Assembly (NCBI GenBank): GCA_963713495.1
Contig: CAVQLX010000018.1
Coordinates: forward strand, 58,563 to 122,562
DNA: 64,000 nt
Origin: an uncultured delta proteobacterium
GTDB lineage: Bacteria; Desulfobacterota; Binatia; DP-6
Direction of reading: 5' to 3'
The position numbers and the translations under genes were made by a program. Shown one piece after another: positions 33,321 to 42,967 of the stretch (positions are counted from its first letter, which is position 1; each line of letters opens with the position of its first letter). A model generated the notes under the pieces. That model worked only from the letters and a program-made list of their open reading frames with translations, did not search any database and had not been told where the DNA came from.

Positions 33321-33600
33321 ATGGGAACGCTGGCCGGGTTGATCGTCGGCTACGTGGTGGGCGCCGGCACGGGGCCCGAGGGATACCGGAAGCTGCGCGA
33401 GGCCTGGGAGGAGATCCAGGCATCGGACGAGTGGAAGGGTCTCGTCGCGACGGCCACCGGGTTCGTCCAGAACGCGCTCGCTCGCGGCGGGACGGCCTTC
33501 ACCGAGCACGTCGGAGCTCTGGCAGCGCTGCCAGCACCTCCTCTCGAGCGGGATGGAGCTGCTCGGCGGCGTCCTCGAGCAGGGCAAGGGCCGGAGGTAG
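33321..33600 (+). CDS. small hypothetical protein between hypF and hypA, probable +1 frameshift
   Basis: MGTLAGLIVGYVVGAGTGPEGYRKLREAWEEIQASDEWKGL...TEHV is in frame 0. The frame-1 continuation ELWQRCQHLLSSGMELLGGVLEQGKGRR ends at TAG 33598-33600, 1 nt before the hypA ATG. The track's 33321-33887 reading instead runs through hypA. The shift is near GG 33513-33514. Confidence 0.4.
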
Positions 33601-33601
33601 G

Positions 33602-33931
33602 ATGCACGAGCTCGCCGTCACCGAGAGCATCGTCGCGGCCATCACCGAGCGTCTCGGCGACGCCCGGATCGCACGCGTCGTCCTCGAGGTGGGCAGCCTG
33701 TCCGGCGTCGTCCCGGAGGCCGTGCAGTTCTGCTTCGACGTCTGCACCCAGGGCACGGTGCTCGATGGCGCCGCGCTCGAGATCGTCACGCTCCCCGGCC
33801 GGGCGCGCTGCTGCACCTGCGCGGCGGAAGCGGAGATCGCGGATCTCCTCGCCGTCTGTCCGTGCGGCAGCATCTCGCTCGAGGTGATGGCCGGGCAGGA
33901 GCTCCGCATCAGGGAAGTGGAGGTGCGCTAG
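33602..33931 (+). CDS. hypA: hydrogenase nickel insertion protein HypA
   Basis: MHELAVTESIV N-terminus and Zn site CCTC...CPCG. Confidence 0.9.
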   Translation: MHELAVTESIVAAITERLGDARIARVVLEVGSLSGVVPEAVQFCFDVCTQGTVLDGAALEIVTLPGRARCCTCAAEAEIADLLAVCPCGSISLEVMAGQELRIREVEVR

Positions 33932-34705
33932 ATGTGCGCGACGTGCGGCTGCGGTGACCACCACGATCATCACGATCACGATCACGTCCACGGGGCGGAC
34001 GACGTCCCGCACGTGCACCCGCGCCAGACGCCGCGGACGGTGCGCCTGGAGCAGGACGTCCTCGCGAAGAACGACCGGCTCGCCGCGCGCAATCGCGCCT
34101 GGCTGGACGAGCGCGGCGTGGTCGCGCTGAACGTCATGAGCTCGCCGGGGGCGGGCAAGACGACGTTGCTCGAGCGGACGGTCCGCGAGCTCGCCGGCGA
34201 GCTGGCGATCGGCGTGATCGAGGGCGATCAGGCCACCGTGCGCGACGCCGAGCGCATCCGGACCGCCGGCGGGCGTGTCGTGCAGATCAACACGGGAACC
34301 GGCTGCCACCTCGATGCGGACATGGTCGCCGCGGCGCTGCGCGAGCTCGATCCGCCGGCGCGCTCCCTGGTCCTCATCGAGAACATCGGCAACCTCGTCT
34401 GCCCGGCCCTGTTCGCGCTCGGCGAGCGCGCGAAGGTCGTGCTGATGGCGGTGACCGAGGGCGAGGACAAGCCGCTCAAGTACCCGCACATGTTCCGCGC
34501 GAGCGACGTCCTGGTGCTCACAAAGATCGACCTCCTGCCGCACCTCGACTTCGACGTCGCGCACTGCCTCGAGTTCGCGCGCCGCACGAATCCGCGGCTC
34601 GATATCCTCCAGACGTCGGCCACGCGCGGAGCGGGGCTCGACGGGTGGTACGCGCGACTCCGCGCGAGCGTCGCGGAGGGCCTGCGGGCGCTCGACGCGC
34701 GCTGA
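33932..34705 (+). CDS. hypB: hydrogenase nickel incorporation GTPase HypB
   Basis: N-terminal CATCGC plus the His-rich stretch HHDHHDHDHVH. P-loop SSPGAGKTTLL, and ENIGNLVCPA. Confidence 0.95.
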   Translation: MCATCGCGDHHDHHDHDHVHGADDVPHVHPRQTPRTVRLEQDVLAKNDRLAARNRAWLDERGVVALNVMSSPGAGKTTLLERTVRELAGELAIGVIEGDQATVRDAERIRTAGGRVVQINTGTGCHLDADMVAAALRELDPPARSLVLIENIGNLVCPALFALGERAKVVLMAVTEGEDKPLKYPHMFRASDVLVLTKIDLLPHLDFDVAHCLEFARRTNPRLDILQTSATRGAGLDGWYARLRASVAEGLRALDAR

Positions 34706-34709
34706 CGGC

Positions 34710-34733
34710 GCGGGGGCCGGCTTGAGCCCCCGC
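34710..34733 (+). terminator. GC-rich hairpin GCGGGGGC-N8-GCCCCCGC just after the hypB stop
   Basis: 8-bp perfect stem with an 8-nt loop, 5 nt after the stop. There is no adjacent U-tract. It sits at the right edge of the island. Confidence 0.3.
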
Positions 34734-34758
34734 CGGTGGATGGGCTATTTGGAGCGTG

Positions 34759-34932
34759 ATGCTCCACGGCGCACGAACTGCCGCCGTCGAGTGGTTCGAG
34801 CGGCTGCTTCCCGCGGCCGGCGGGTGCGACCCCGCCTCACGGCGTGCCGGGGCGGGGGACAGCCGGTCGATCCGACTCGCGGCCCCTGGCCCACGGTCCC
34901 TGTCGCCGGCGCCGATCGCGCGCGGCACCTGA
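34759..34932 (+). pseudogene. displaced 3'-terminal remnant of tsaE
   Basis: The 57-codon frame MLHGARTAAVEWFERLLPAAGGCDPASRRAGAGDSRSIRLAAPG... parallels the tsaE C-terminus LYGAGVAAVEWFERLLPTAGEEFLLVTLRTGAGDSRSIRLEGHG. It has no P-loop part. Its stop lies 9 nt before the lysC GTG. Confidence 0.65.
34761..34874 (+). repeat. direct repeat copy B (diverged tsaE 3' end) matching 12831-12947
   Basis: See copy A. The identical cores are at 34783-34802 and 34858-34874. Confidence 0.75.
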
Positions 34933-34941
34933 GGGGCGGGC

Positions 34942-36156
34942 GTGGCGCTCATCGTACAGAAGTTCGGCGGCACGTCGGTCGCCGACATCGACCGCATTCG
35001 GATCATCGCCGGTCGGGCGGCGCGGACACGGGCTGCCGGGCACTCGGTGGTGGTCGTCGTCTCGGCGATGGCGGGCGAGACCAACCGGCTGCTGGCGCTG
35101 GCCAAGGCGGCGCATCCGCGACCTGACGAGCGCGAGGCCGACGTGCTCGCGTCCACCGGCGAGCAGGTGACGTCGGCGCTGACCGCGATCGTGCTGCAGG
35201 GACTCGGGGTCCAGGCGCGCTCGTTTCTCGGTCACCAGATCCGCATCGACACGGACGACGCACACGGCAAGGCGCGCATCGTGCGCATCGACGCCGGCCC
35301 GCTGAGCGAGGCGCTGGCCGCGGGCATGATGCCGGTCGTCGCCGGCTTCCAGGGCGTGACCGCCGACGGGCGGATCACCACGCTCGGGCGGGGTGGCACC
35401 GACACGACGGCCGTCGCGCTGGCGGCGGCGCTGCGGGCGGACGTGTGCGAGATCTACACCGACGTCGACGGCGTCTACACGAGCGACCCGCGCATGGTGC
35501 CGCAGGCGCGCAAGCTCGAGCGCATCGCCTACGACGAGATGCTCGAGCTGGCCAGCCTCGGCGCCAAGGTGCTGCAGATCCGGTCCGTCGAGTTCGCGAA
35601 GCGCTACCACGTGCCGGTGCACGTCCGCTCGTCGTTCGACGAGAGCGAGGGCACCTGGGTCGTCGAGGAGGATTCCAGCATGGAGGACGTCTCGGTCGCC
35701 GGCGTCGCGGCCGACCAGAACGAGGCAAAGCTCACGGTGCGGGGCGTGCCCGATCAGCCCGGGGTGGCGGCGCGGCTCTTCGGCGCCGTGGCGGCGGCCG
35801 GCATCGTCGTGGACATGATCATCCAGAACGCCAGCGCGGACGGCACCACCGACATGACGTTCACCGTTCCCCGCGCCGACTACGACAAGGCGCTCGAGCT
35901 GGTCGGCAGCCTGGCGCGACAGATCGGCGCGCGCGAGGTGCTGGGCGATCTCGACGTGTCCAAGGTGTCCATCGTCGGCGTCGGGATGCGCACGCACGCG
36001 GGCATCGCGGCCCGCATGTTCGACGTCCTCGCGCGGGAGGGGATCAACATCCAGATGATCTCCACCTCGGAGATCAAGATCTCGGTGGTGGTCGCGGCCA
36101 AGTACACGGAGCTCGCGGTGCGCGCGCTCCACGACGCCTTCATCACGCCCGACTGA
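34942..36156 (+). CDS. lysC: aspartate kinase
   Basis: GTG start. Begins [18 protein letters not shown], contains [14 protein letters not shown], and has two C-terminal ACT domains. Confidence 0.95.
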   Translation: MALIVQKFGGTSVADIDRIRIIAGRAARTRAAGHSVVVVVSAMAGETNRLLALAKAAHPRPDEREADVLASTGEQVTSALTAIVLQGLGVQARSFLGHQIRIDTDDAHGKARIVRIDAGPLSEALAAGMMPVVAGFQGVTADGRITTLGRGGTDTTAVALAAALRADVCEIYTDVDGVYTSDPRMVPQARKLERIAYDEMLELASLGAKVLQIRSVEFAKRYHVPVHVRSSFDESEGTWVVEEDSSMEDVSVAGVAADQNEAKLTVRGVPDQPGVAARLFGAVAAAGIVVDMIIQNASADGTTDMTFTVPRADYDKALELVGSLARQIGAREVLGDLDVSKVSIVGVGMRTHAGIAARMFDVLAREGINIQMISTSEIKISVVVAAKYTELAVRALHDAFITPD

Positions 36157-36171
36157 CGGCCCCCGACGGCG

Positions 36172-37755
36172 ATGCGACGCATCCAGCTCTACGACACGAC
36201 GCTGCGCGATGGTGCGCAGTCGGAGGACGTCAGCTTCACGCTGGACGACAAGCTGCGCATCACGGAGCGTCTCGACGACCTCGGCATCCACTACGTCGAG
36301 GGCGGGTGGCCGGGCTCGAATCCGCGCGACGAGGAGTTCTTCCGCGCGGTCCGCGCGCTCCGGCTCCGCCAGACGCGCATCGCGGCCTTCGGGGCCACGC
36401 GGCGCGCCGGCATCCGGGCCGAGGCGGATCGCAACCTGGAGGCGCTGCTGCGCGCCGGGACGCCCGTGGTCACGATCGTCGGCAAGACCTGGGATCTGCA
36501 CGTGCACGACGACCTGCGCATCCCGCTGGAGGAGAACCTCGACGTCATCCGCGACTCGGTGGCCTTCCTCGCCAGCCGCGTCGACGAGGTGATCTTCGAC
36601 GCCGAGCACTTCTTCGACGGCTGGCTGCGCAATCCGGATTACGCGCTGGCGTGCATCGCCGCCGCCGCCGGGGCGGGAGCCACCCTGGTGTGCCTGTGCG
36701 ACACGCGCGGGGGCGCGCTGCCCGCGCAGGTCGCCCTGGCCGTCGACGCCGCGCAGGCGGCCGTGCCCGAGACCCGGCTCGGCATCCACTGTCACAACGA
36801 CGCCGAGCTCGCGGTCGCGAACTCGCTGGAAGCCCTGGAGCACGGCTGCATCCAGGTCCAGGGCACGATGAACGGGCTCGGCGAGCGCTGCGGGAATGCC
36901 AATCTGGTGTCGCTCATCGCCACCCTCGAGCTGAAGCGGGGCTGGGCGTGTGTCGGAGCCGAGCACCTGGCGAAGCTCGCCGACGTCTCGCGCCTGGTCT
37001 ACGAGCTCGCCAACCTCGAGCCGAACAAGCGCCAGCCCTACGTCGGACAGAGCGCCTTCGCGCACAAGGGCGGCTTGCACGTCGCGGCGGTGCAGAAGAA
37101 CGCCGAGACCTACGAGCACATCGACCCCAGGCTGGTCGGCAACGTGCAGCGCGTCCTGGTCTCCGATCTCTCTGGACGCTCGAACCTGCTCGCCAAGGCG
37201 GCCGAGTTCGGCATCGACCTCGAGGGCGACAGGCCCGCGCTGCAGCGGCTGCTGCGGGACCTGAAGGACCTCGAATCGCAGGGCTACGTGTTCGAGGGGG
37301 CGGATGCGTCGTTCGAGCTGCTCATGCGCAAGGCGCTCGACGGCGACCGGCCGCGCTTCTTCCGGCTGATAGGCTTCCGGGTGATCGACGAGAAGCGGCA
37401 CGAGCGCGAAGCGCCGATCGCCGAGGCGACGATCATGCTCGAGGGGCCGGACGGGACGATCGAGCACACGGCCGCCCAGGGCAACGGCCCGGTGAACGCG
37501 CTCGACTCCGCGCTGCGCAAGGCGCTCGGCAAGTTCTTCCCCGAGGTCCAGGAGGTGCGCCTGCACGACTACAAGGTGCGCGTGCTCGGAAGTCCCGAAG
37601 GGACGGCGGCCGTCGTCCGCGTCCTGATCGAGTCGGGGGACGAGCACGGACGCTGGAGCACGGTCGGCGTCTCGCACAACGTGATCGAGGCAAGCTGGCA
37701 GGCGCTGGTGGACAGCATGGACTACAAGCTCCACAGGAGCCGCCGTCCCGGTTGA
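36172..37755 (+). CDS. cimA: (R)-citramalate synthase (2-isopropylmalate synthase family)
   Basis: IQLYDTTLRDGAQSEDVSFTLDDKLRI, HCHNDAELAVANSL and a LeuA-dimer-like C-terminal domain. The 527-aa length fits the CimA type. Confidence 0.8.
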   Translation: MRRIQLYDTTLRDGAQSEDVSFTLDDKLRITERLDDLGIHYVEGGWPGSNPRDEEFFRAVRALRLRQTRIAAFGATRRAGIRAEADRNLEALLRAGTPVVTIVGKTWDLHVHDDLRIPLEENLDVIRDSVAFLASRVDEVIFDAEHFFDGWLRNPDYALACIAAAAGAGATLVCLCDTRGGALPAQVALAVDAAQAAVPETRLGIHCHNDAELAVANSLEALEHGCIQVQGTMNGLGERCGNANLVSLIATLELKRGWACVGAEHLAKLADVSRLVYELANLEPNKRQPYVGQSAFAHKGGLHVAAVQKNAETYEHIDPRLVGNVQRVLVSDLSGRSNLLAKAAEFGIDLEGDRPALQRLLRDLKDLESQGYVFEGADASFELLMRKALDGDRPRFFRLIGFRVIDEKRHEREAPIAEATIMLEGPDGTIEHTAAQGNGPVNALDSALRKALGKFFPEVQEVRLHDYKVRVLGSPEGTAAVVRVLIESGDEHGRWSTVGVSHNVIEASWQALVDSMDYKLHRSRRPG

Positions 37756-37760
37756 GCGAC

Positions 37761-38924
37761 ATGGACGGGCGCATCTATCTCGATCACAACGCGGGCGCTC
37801 CGCTGCGACCCGAGGCGTACGCGGCCATGCTCGCCGTGCTCGGCGGGCCGCCGGCGAATCCGTCGAGCGCGCACCGCGAGGGCGCGCGGGCGCGGCGCCT
37901 GCTCGAGGAGGCACGCGCCGCGGTGGCGGGCCTGATCGGGGGCCGGGCAGGCGAGATCACCCTGACGAGCGGCGCCACGGAGGCGAACAACCTGGCGCTG
38001 CGCGGTGCGCTGGCGGCCGCGGGCTCGCGTGACGGGCTGGTCGTGAGCGCGATCGAGCATGCCTCGGTGCTCGAGACCGCGCAGGCGCTCGCCGCCGCGG
38101 GCGCGCGCGCGACCGTCGTGCCGGTCGACCCCTGCGGTCGCGTGGACCCCGATCGCGTGGCGGCAGCGTGTGACGAGCGCACGGCGGTCGTGAGCATCGG
38201 CCTGGCAAACGGCGAGATCGGCACGCTGGCGCCCATCGCGCGGATCGCGGACGCGCTCCGCGGGAGCGGCATCCTCCTCCACACCGATGCCGCGCAGGCC
38301 GCCGGGCGCGTGTCGGTCGACGTGGCGGCCATCGGCGTCGACCTGCTGTCGCTGTCGAGCCACAAGCTGGGGGGACCTCCGGGCGCCGGCGCGCTCTGGA
38401 GCCGCCGCGGCGTCCCGCTGCGTCCGCTCGTCACCGGCGGCCCGCAGGAGCGCGGGCTGCGCGCGGGGACCGAGGCGGTGGCCGCGCTGGCCGGCTTCGG
38501 TGCGGCCACGCGCGCGGCGGCGGTGGATCTGCCGCAGGCGGAGGCGCGCATGGCCACGCTGCTCGACCGCCTGTGGGAGGGGATCGTCCGTGCGGTGCCC
38601 GACGTCGTGCGGCACGGTCCGGCGGCGGGACCTCGCCTCCCGAACACGCTGAACCTGCGCGTGCCCGGATGCGCCGGGGAGAGCCTGCTCGTGCTGCTCG
38701 ACCTGGCGGGCGTGGCGGTATCGCTCGGCTCCGCCTGTGCGGCGGGCGCGCCGGAGCCGTCGCACGTGCTGCGGGCGATCGGCCTCGACGAGGAGGCGGC
38801 GCGCTGCGGCCTCCGCCTGAGCCTCGGTCCGGACACGACCGCCGCGGAGGTCGATGCCGTGGTCGACCTCCTGCCGCGCCTGGTGCACCAGATCCGCGTG
38901 ACGTCGCACACGGAGGTGGCGTGA
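37761..38924 (+). CDS. cysteine desulfurase (NifS/IscS class)
   Basis: IYLDHNAGAP, TSGATEANN, PLP-lysine context SLSSHKLGGPPG, and catalytic Cys loop SLGSACAAG. Confidence 0.85.
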   Translation: MDGRIYLDHNAGAPLRPEAYAAMLAVLGGPPANPSSAHREGARARRLLEEARAAVAGLIGGRAGEITLTSGATEANNLALRGALAAAGSRDGLVVSAIEHASVLETAQALAAAGARATVVPVDPCGRVDPDRVAAACDERTAVVSIGLANGEIGTLAPIARIADALRGSGILLHTDAAQAAGRVSVDVAAIGVDLLSLSSHKLGGPPGAGALWSRRGVPLRPLVTGGPQERGLRAGTEAVAALAGFGAATRAAAVDLPQAEARMATLLDRLWEGIVRAVPDVVRHGPAAGPRLPNTLNLRVPGCAGESLLVLLDLAGVAVSLGSACAAGAPEPSHVLRAIGLDEEAARCGLRLSLGPDTTAAEVDAVVDLLPRLVHQIRVTSHTEVA

Positions 38925-40025
38925 GGGTCGTCGTGGCGATGAGCGGTGGCGTGGACAGCGCGGTCGCCGCCGCCCGGTGCGTGGCGGACGGTCACGACGT
39001 GATCGGCCTCTCGCTGCGGCTGGCGCGCGACGGTACGGGCGGCTGCTGCTCGCTCGACGACTTCGCCGACGCCCGCGCGGTGGCCGACCGGCTCGGCATC
39101 CCGCACTACGTGTTCGACTTCCGCGACGCCTTCGAGCGCGCCGTGGTGCAGCCGTTCGTCGCCGAGTACCTGGCCGGCCGCACGCCGAACCCGTGCGCGC
39201 TCTGCAACCAGCACGTGAAGTTCGATCTCCTCTGGCGACGCGCGCGCGAGCTGGGAGCCGAGCGCCTCGCGACCGGGCACTACGCCCGCATCACCACGGA
39301 CGAGGCCACGGGCCTGCCGGCGCTGCGGACCGCGATCGACGCGGCGAAGGACCAGACCTACTTCCTCTTCGCCCTGGGTCACGTCGCGCTCGGCCGCACG
39401 CTCTTCCCGGTCGGCGGTCTCACCAAGAGCGAGGTGCGCGCGCAGGCGCGCGCGCTCGGCCTCGCGGTGGCCGACAAGCCGGAGAGCATGGAGGTCTGCT
39501 TCGTGCCGGACGGCGACGCGGCGGCGTTCGTCGAGCGGCACGCGGCACCCGCCGCGCTCCGGCCGGGACGCGTGGTCGATGCCGACGGCCGCGGGCTCGG
39601 CGTGCACGACGGCGTGCACCGCTTCACGGTCGGCCAGCGGCGCGGACTCGGCCTCGGCGGCGGCCCGCGGCGATACGTGCGCGCCATCGACGGCCGGACC
39701 GGCACCGTCACCGTCGCTGGCCCGGAGGCCATGACGGCGCGCCGGCCTCACCACGCACGGGACGATCTGGACCGCCGGCGCGCCGCCGACGCGCGGCGCC
39801 CGGCTCGCCGTGCGCATCCGGCATCGCCACCGCCCGGTCGAGGCGTGGCTCGAGGCCGTCGCCGCCGACCGGACGGCGATTCGCTTCGCCGGGCCCGGGC
39901 CGCTGGTCACCCCGGGACAGGCGGCCGTGTTCTATCGCGGCGACGTCGTGGTCGGTGGCGGCTGGATCACGAGCGAGCTGGACTCCGCCGCCGGCCCGGA
40001 CCTCGACGCGCGGGCGGGGGCGTGA
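38921..40025 (+). CDS. mnmA: tRNA 2-thiouridine(34) synthase MnmA, apparent +1 frameshift
   Basis: GTGA overlap with the desulfurase. PP-loop VVAMSGGVDSAVAA, plus NPCALCNQHVKF and DQTYFLF. The C-terminal part (GLTTHGTIWTAGAPP...RIRHRHRPVEAWLE...GQAAVFYRGDVVVGGGWI) is in the frame of ORF 39810. Deleting one C at 39742-39743 gives AMTARGLTTHG. Confidence 0.85.
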
Positions 40026-41344
40026 TGACCGGCGACCGCCACGGCCCGCGCGTCGCCATCGCCACGCTCGGCTGCAAGGTGAACGCGTACGACACGGCGA
40101 CGATGGCGGACCGACTTCGCGCCGCGGGCTGCCTGCTCGTCGAGCCCGGGGCGCCCACCGACGTCGTGATCGTCAACTCCTGCACGGTGACCGACACGGC
40201 GGACGCGGAGAGCCGGCGGCTGGCGCGACGCGCGCGGCGCGCGAATCCGGCCGCGCGCGTGATCCTCACCGGATGCTATGCCCAGACGCAGCCGCGGGCG
40301 GCGGCCGCCGTGGAGGCGGTCGACTACGTGATCGGCCTGAACCGGCTCGACGCCCTGGTCGAGGCGGTGACCGCGAGCGCCCCCCGCGTGGCCCGCGTCG
40401 AGGTCCGGAACAGCCGGCGCGAGACGGCGGTCGAGACGTTCGGCGCACGCACCTTCGACGGCCAGACGCGCGCCTTCCTGAAGGTGCAGGAGGGGTGCGA
40501 CCTGTTCTGCACCTTCTGCATCGTTCCCCTGGCCCGCGGGGCGAGCCGCAGCCTGCCGCCCCGGGCCATCCTCGCCGAGCTGGATGCGCTCGCGGCGCGC
40601 GGGTTTCACGAGGTCGTGCTCACCGGCGTGCACCTCGGTGGCTGGGGGCACGACCTCGACCCGCGCGTCGATCTGGTCTGGCTGCTGGACGCGCTCATCG
40701 AGCAGGGGCGGTTCCGCCGCATTCGCCTGTCGTCCATCGATCCGCACGAGGTGACGGAGCCTCTGGTGCGCGCGATGGCGGCGTCGCCGGCGGTCTGCCC
40801 GCACCTCCACGTGCCGCTGCAGGCGGCGGACGACGGGATCCTCGGCCGCATGCGGCGGCGCTACGACACCGCGCTCGCCGCCGAGCGCCTCGCGATGATC
40901 CGCGAGCTGCTGCCGGACGCGGCGATCGGGACCGATCTCATCGCGGGGTTCCCCGGCGAGGACGACGCCGCGTTCGAGCGCACCCTCGCGTTCGTCGAGC
41001 GCAGCCCGCTCACCTATGGCCACGTCTTCCCGTACTCGGTGCGCAGCGGCACCACCGCCGCCAAGCTCGACGGCAAGCAGCCGAGCGCGGTGATCGTGGA
41101 GCGCGCCCGGAGGCTGCGGGCAGCGTGCGAGCGCAAGCGGGAGGACTTCGCGCGTCGATTCGACGGCGCCGCCGCCGAGGTCCTGGTGGAGACGACGCGC
41201 GATCGCCAGACCGGCGAGCTGCGCGGCTACACGCGCAACTACCTGCGCGCACACCTGCAGGGCCCGGACGCCTGGTGCGGGACGCTGGTCCCGGTCCGGC
41301 TGCGCGTGGGCGCGCGGGCGCGCGTGGAAGCGGACGCCGCATGA
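40022..41344 (+). CDS. mtaB: radical-SAM tRNA methylthiotransferase (MtaB-like)
   Basis: VAIATLGCKVNAYDT, radical-SAM CDLFCTFCIVP, and a TRAM-like C-terminus. Start GTG 40022 or ATG 40025 overlaps the mnmA stop. Confidence 0.7.
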   Translation: MMTGDRHGPRVAIATLGCKVNAYDTATMADRLRAAGCLLVEPGAPTDVVIVNSCTVTDTADAESRRLARRARRANPAARVILTGCYAQTQPRAAAAVEAVDYVIGLNRLDALVEAVTASAPRVARVEVRNSRRETAVETFGARTFDGQTRAFLKVQEGCDLFCTFCIVPLARGASRSLPPRAILAELDALAARGFHEVVLTGVHLGGWGHDLDPRVDLVWLLDALIEQGRFRRIRLSSIDPHEVTEPLVRAMAASPAVCPHLHVPLQAADDGILGRMRRRYDTALAAERLAMIRELLPDAAIGTDLIAGFPGEDDAAFERTLAFVERSPLTYGHVFPYSVRSGTTAAKLDGKQPSAVIVERARRLRAACERKREDFARRFDGAAAEVLVETTRDRQTGELRGYTRNYLRAHLQGPDAWCGTLVPVRLRVGARARVEADAA

Positions 41345-42036
41345 CGGAGCTCAGGGCGGCGCTCGAGGCTGGCCTCGGGCACAGCTTCATCCGGCCCGAG
41401 CATCTCCTCGTCGCGGTGACGCATCGCTCGTCGAGCACGGAGGCGCCCAACAACGAGACGCTGGAGTTTCTCGGCGACGCGGTGCTGGCGCTGGCGATGG
41501 CCGATCTCCTCATGCAGCGGTTCCCCACGGCGCGCGAGGGCGACCTGTCGAAGCTACGCGCCGGCCTGGTGAACGCCGAGACGCTGGCCGCCAAGGCCCG
41601 TGACCTCGACCTGGGTCGCTGGCTCCGGCTCGGCAAGGGCGAGGAGAAGAGCGGAGGGCGGGAGAAGGAATCGATCCTCGCCGCGGTCTACGAGGCGCTG
41701 CTCGGCGCCGTCTATCTCGACGCCGGCTTCGAGGCAGCGCGGCGCGTGGTCGAGTCGCACTTTGCCGCCGACCTGACGACGCAGGCGTCCGCCGGCCGGC
41801 GCGACTACAAGACGCGCCTCCAGGAGCTCACGCAGCGGCTCTTCCGCGCGACTCCGGTCTACCAGCTGGTCGAGGAGAGCGGCCCCGACCACGCCAAGCG
41901 CTTCGTCTCGGAGCTGAGCATCGCGGGCCAGCGCTACGGCCGGGGGGTGGGTCACAGCAAGAAGACCGCCGAGCAGGCGGCCGCGATGGAAGCGCTCGAG
42001 GTCCTGGCCGAGACGTCCGCGGAGCACGAGGAATGA
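41341..42036 (+). CDS. rnc: ribonuclease III
   Basis: ATGA overlap. Signature ETLEFLGDAVLALAMADLL, and dsRBD motif GPDHAKRF..GHSKKTAEQAAA. Confidence 0.95.
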   Translation: MTELRAALEAGLGHSFIRPEHLLVAVTHRSSSTEAPNNETLEFLGDAVLALAMADLLMQRFPTAREGDLSKLRAGLVNAETLAAKARDLDLGRWLRLGKGEEKSGGREKESILAAVYEALLGAVYLDAGFEAARRVVESHFAADLTTQASAGRRDYKTRLQELTQRLFRATPVYQLVEESGPDHAKRFVSELSIAGQRYGRGVGHSKKTAEQAAAMEALEVLAETSAEHEE

Positions 42037-42079
42037 CGGCCCGGGGGGCCGGCCGCGCCCCCGGCCGAGGCGACGGCTG

Positions 42080-42964
42080 ATGGGTCACCGCGCGGGCACC
42101 GTCGCCATCGTGGGGCGGCCGAACGTCGGCAAGTCCACGTTGCTGAATGCACTCGTCGGCACGAAGGTGGCCATCGTCACCCCGAAGCCGCAGACCACGC
42201 GGACCCGCGTCGTGGGCATCCGCACCACGCACGCCGGCCAGGCGGTCTTCGTCGACACCCCGGGTATCCATGCGGCGCGCTCGATGCTCAACCGCCGCAT
42301 GGTCGAGACCGCGCGGCGCACCCTCGAGGACGTCGATGCCGCCCTGATGGTGCTCGACGTCGGCGCCGGGATCACGGCGGGCGACCGCGAGCTGACGCAC
42401 GAGCTGGCGGCCAGCAAGCGACCCACCGTGGTCGTCCTGAACAAGATGGACCGCCTGCCGCGCTCGCAGCTGCTGCCGATCATGGCCGAGATGGCGACCC
42501 TCCTTCCGGGCCGCGAGCTCGTCCCGGCCAGTGCGCGACGGGACGAGAACGTCGCCACGGTGCTGGACGTCGTGCTCGGCGTCCTGCCCGAGGGACCGCC
42601 GCTCTACCCGGAGGACGAGTTCACCATCGAGCCCGCGCGCGCCCTGGCGCAGGAGCTGATCCGGGAGCAGGTGTTCCTCGCGATGCGCGACGAGATTCCG
42701 TACGGGGCGGCGACGCTCGTCGAGCGCTGGGAGGAGCGACCCGAGCAGGGCCTCACGGTCATCGGCGCCACCATCCTGGTGGCGCGGCCGAGCCACAAGG
42801 GCATCGTCATCGGGACCGGCGGCGAGCAGCTGCGAGAGATCGGCACGCTGGCCCGCAAGGCGCTGGAGCAGCTGCTCGACACGCGGGTCTTCCTCGAGCT
42901 GTTCGTGCGCGTCGAGCCAGGCTGGGCGGACAATCCACGGCGGCTCGCGGAGCTCGGCCTCTAG
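42080..42964 (+). CDS. era: GTPase Era
   Basis: VAIVGRPNVGKSTLLN, DTPGIH, LNKMD and a KH domain. Confidence 0.95.
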   Translation: MGHRAGTVAIVGRPNVGKSTLLNALVGTKVAIVTPKPQTTRTRVVGIRTTHAGQAVFVDTPGIHAARSMLNRRMVETARRTLEDVDAALMVLDVGAGITAGDRELTHELAASKRPTVVVLNKMDRLPRSQLLPIMAEMATLLPGRELVPASARRDENVATVLDVVLGVLPEGPPLYPEDEFTIEPARALAQELIREQVFLAMRDEIPYGAATLVERWEERPEQGLTVIGATILVARPSHKGIVIGTGGEQLREIGTLARKALEQLLDTRVFLELFVRVEPGWADNPRRLAELGL

Positions 42965-42967
42965 GCC

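Larger units (their letters stand above)
12948..34760. other. hydrogenase genomic island (fossil insertion at the tsaE 3' end; no recombinase gene left)
   Basis: All sequence between the two tsaE 3'-end copies. Contents are the sigma-54 activator, the hydrogenase-kinase-regulator operon, a second hydrogenase operon and the hyp genes. The flanks (nnr-tsaE and lysC-cimA) are core metabolism. Confidence 0.6.

Noticed and set aside
33950-33990. Short tandem cac/gat repeat (caccacgatcatcacgatcacgatcac)
   Set aside because: It encodes the His/Asp-rich metal-binding N-terminus of HypB and is not a non-coding repeat.
34837-37914. 1025-aa minus-strand ORF
   Set aside because: Antisense to lysC and cimA, which both have unmistakable conserved motifs. 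Same GC artefact.
42037-42079. GGCCGG...CCGGCC inverted repeat after rnc
   Set aside because: A 6-bp stem in a GC-only spacer. era follows 43 nt later and is probably co-transcribed.
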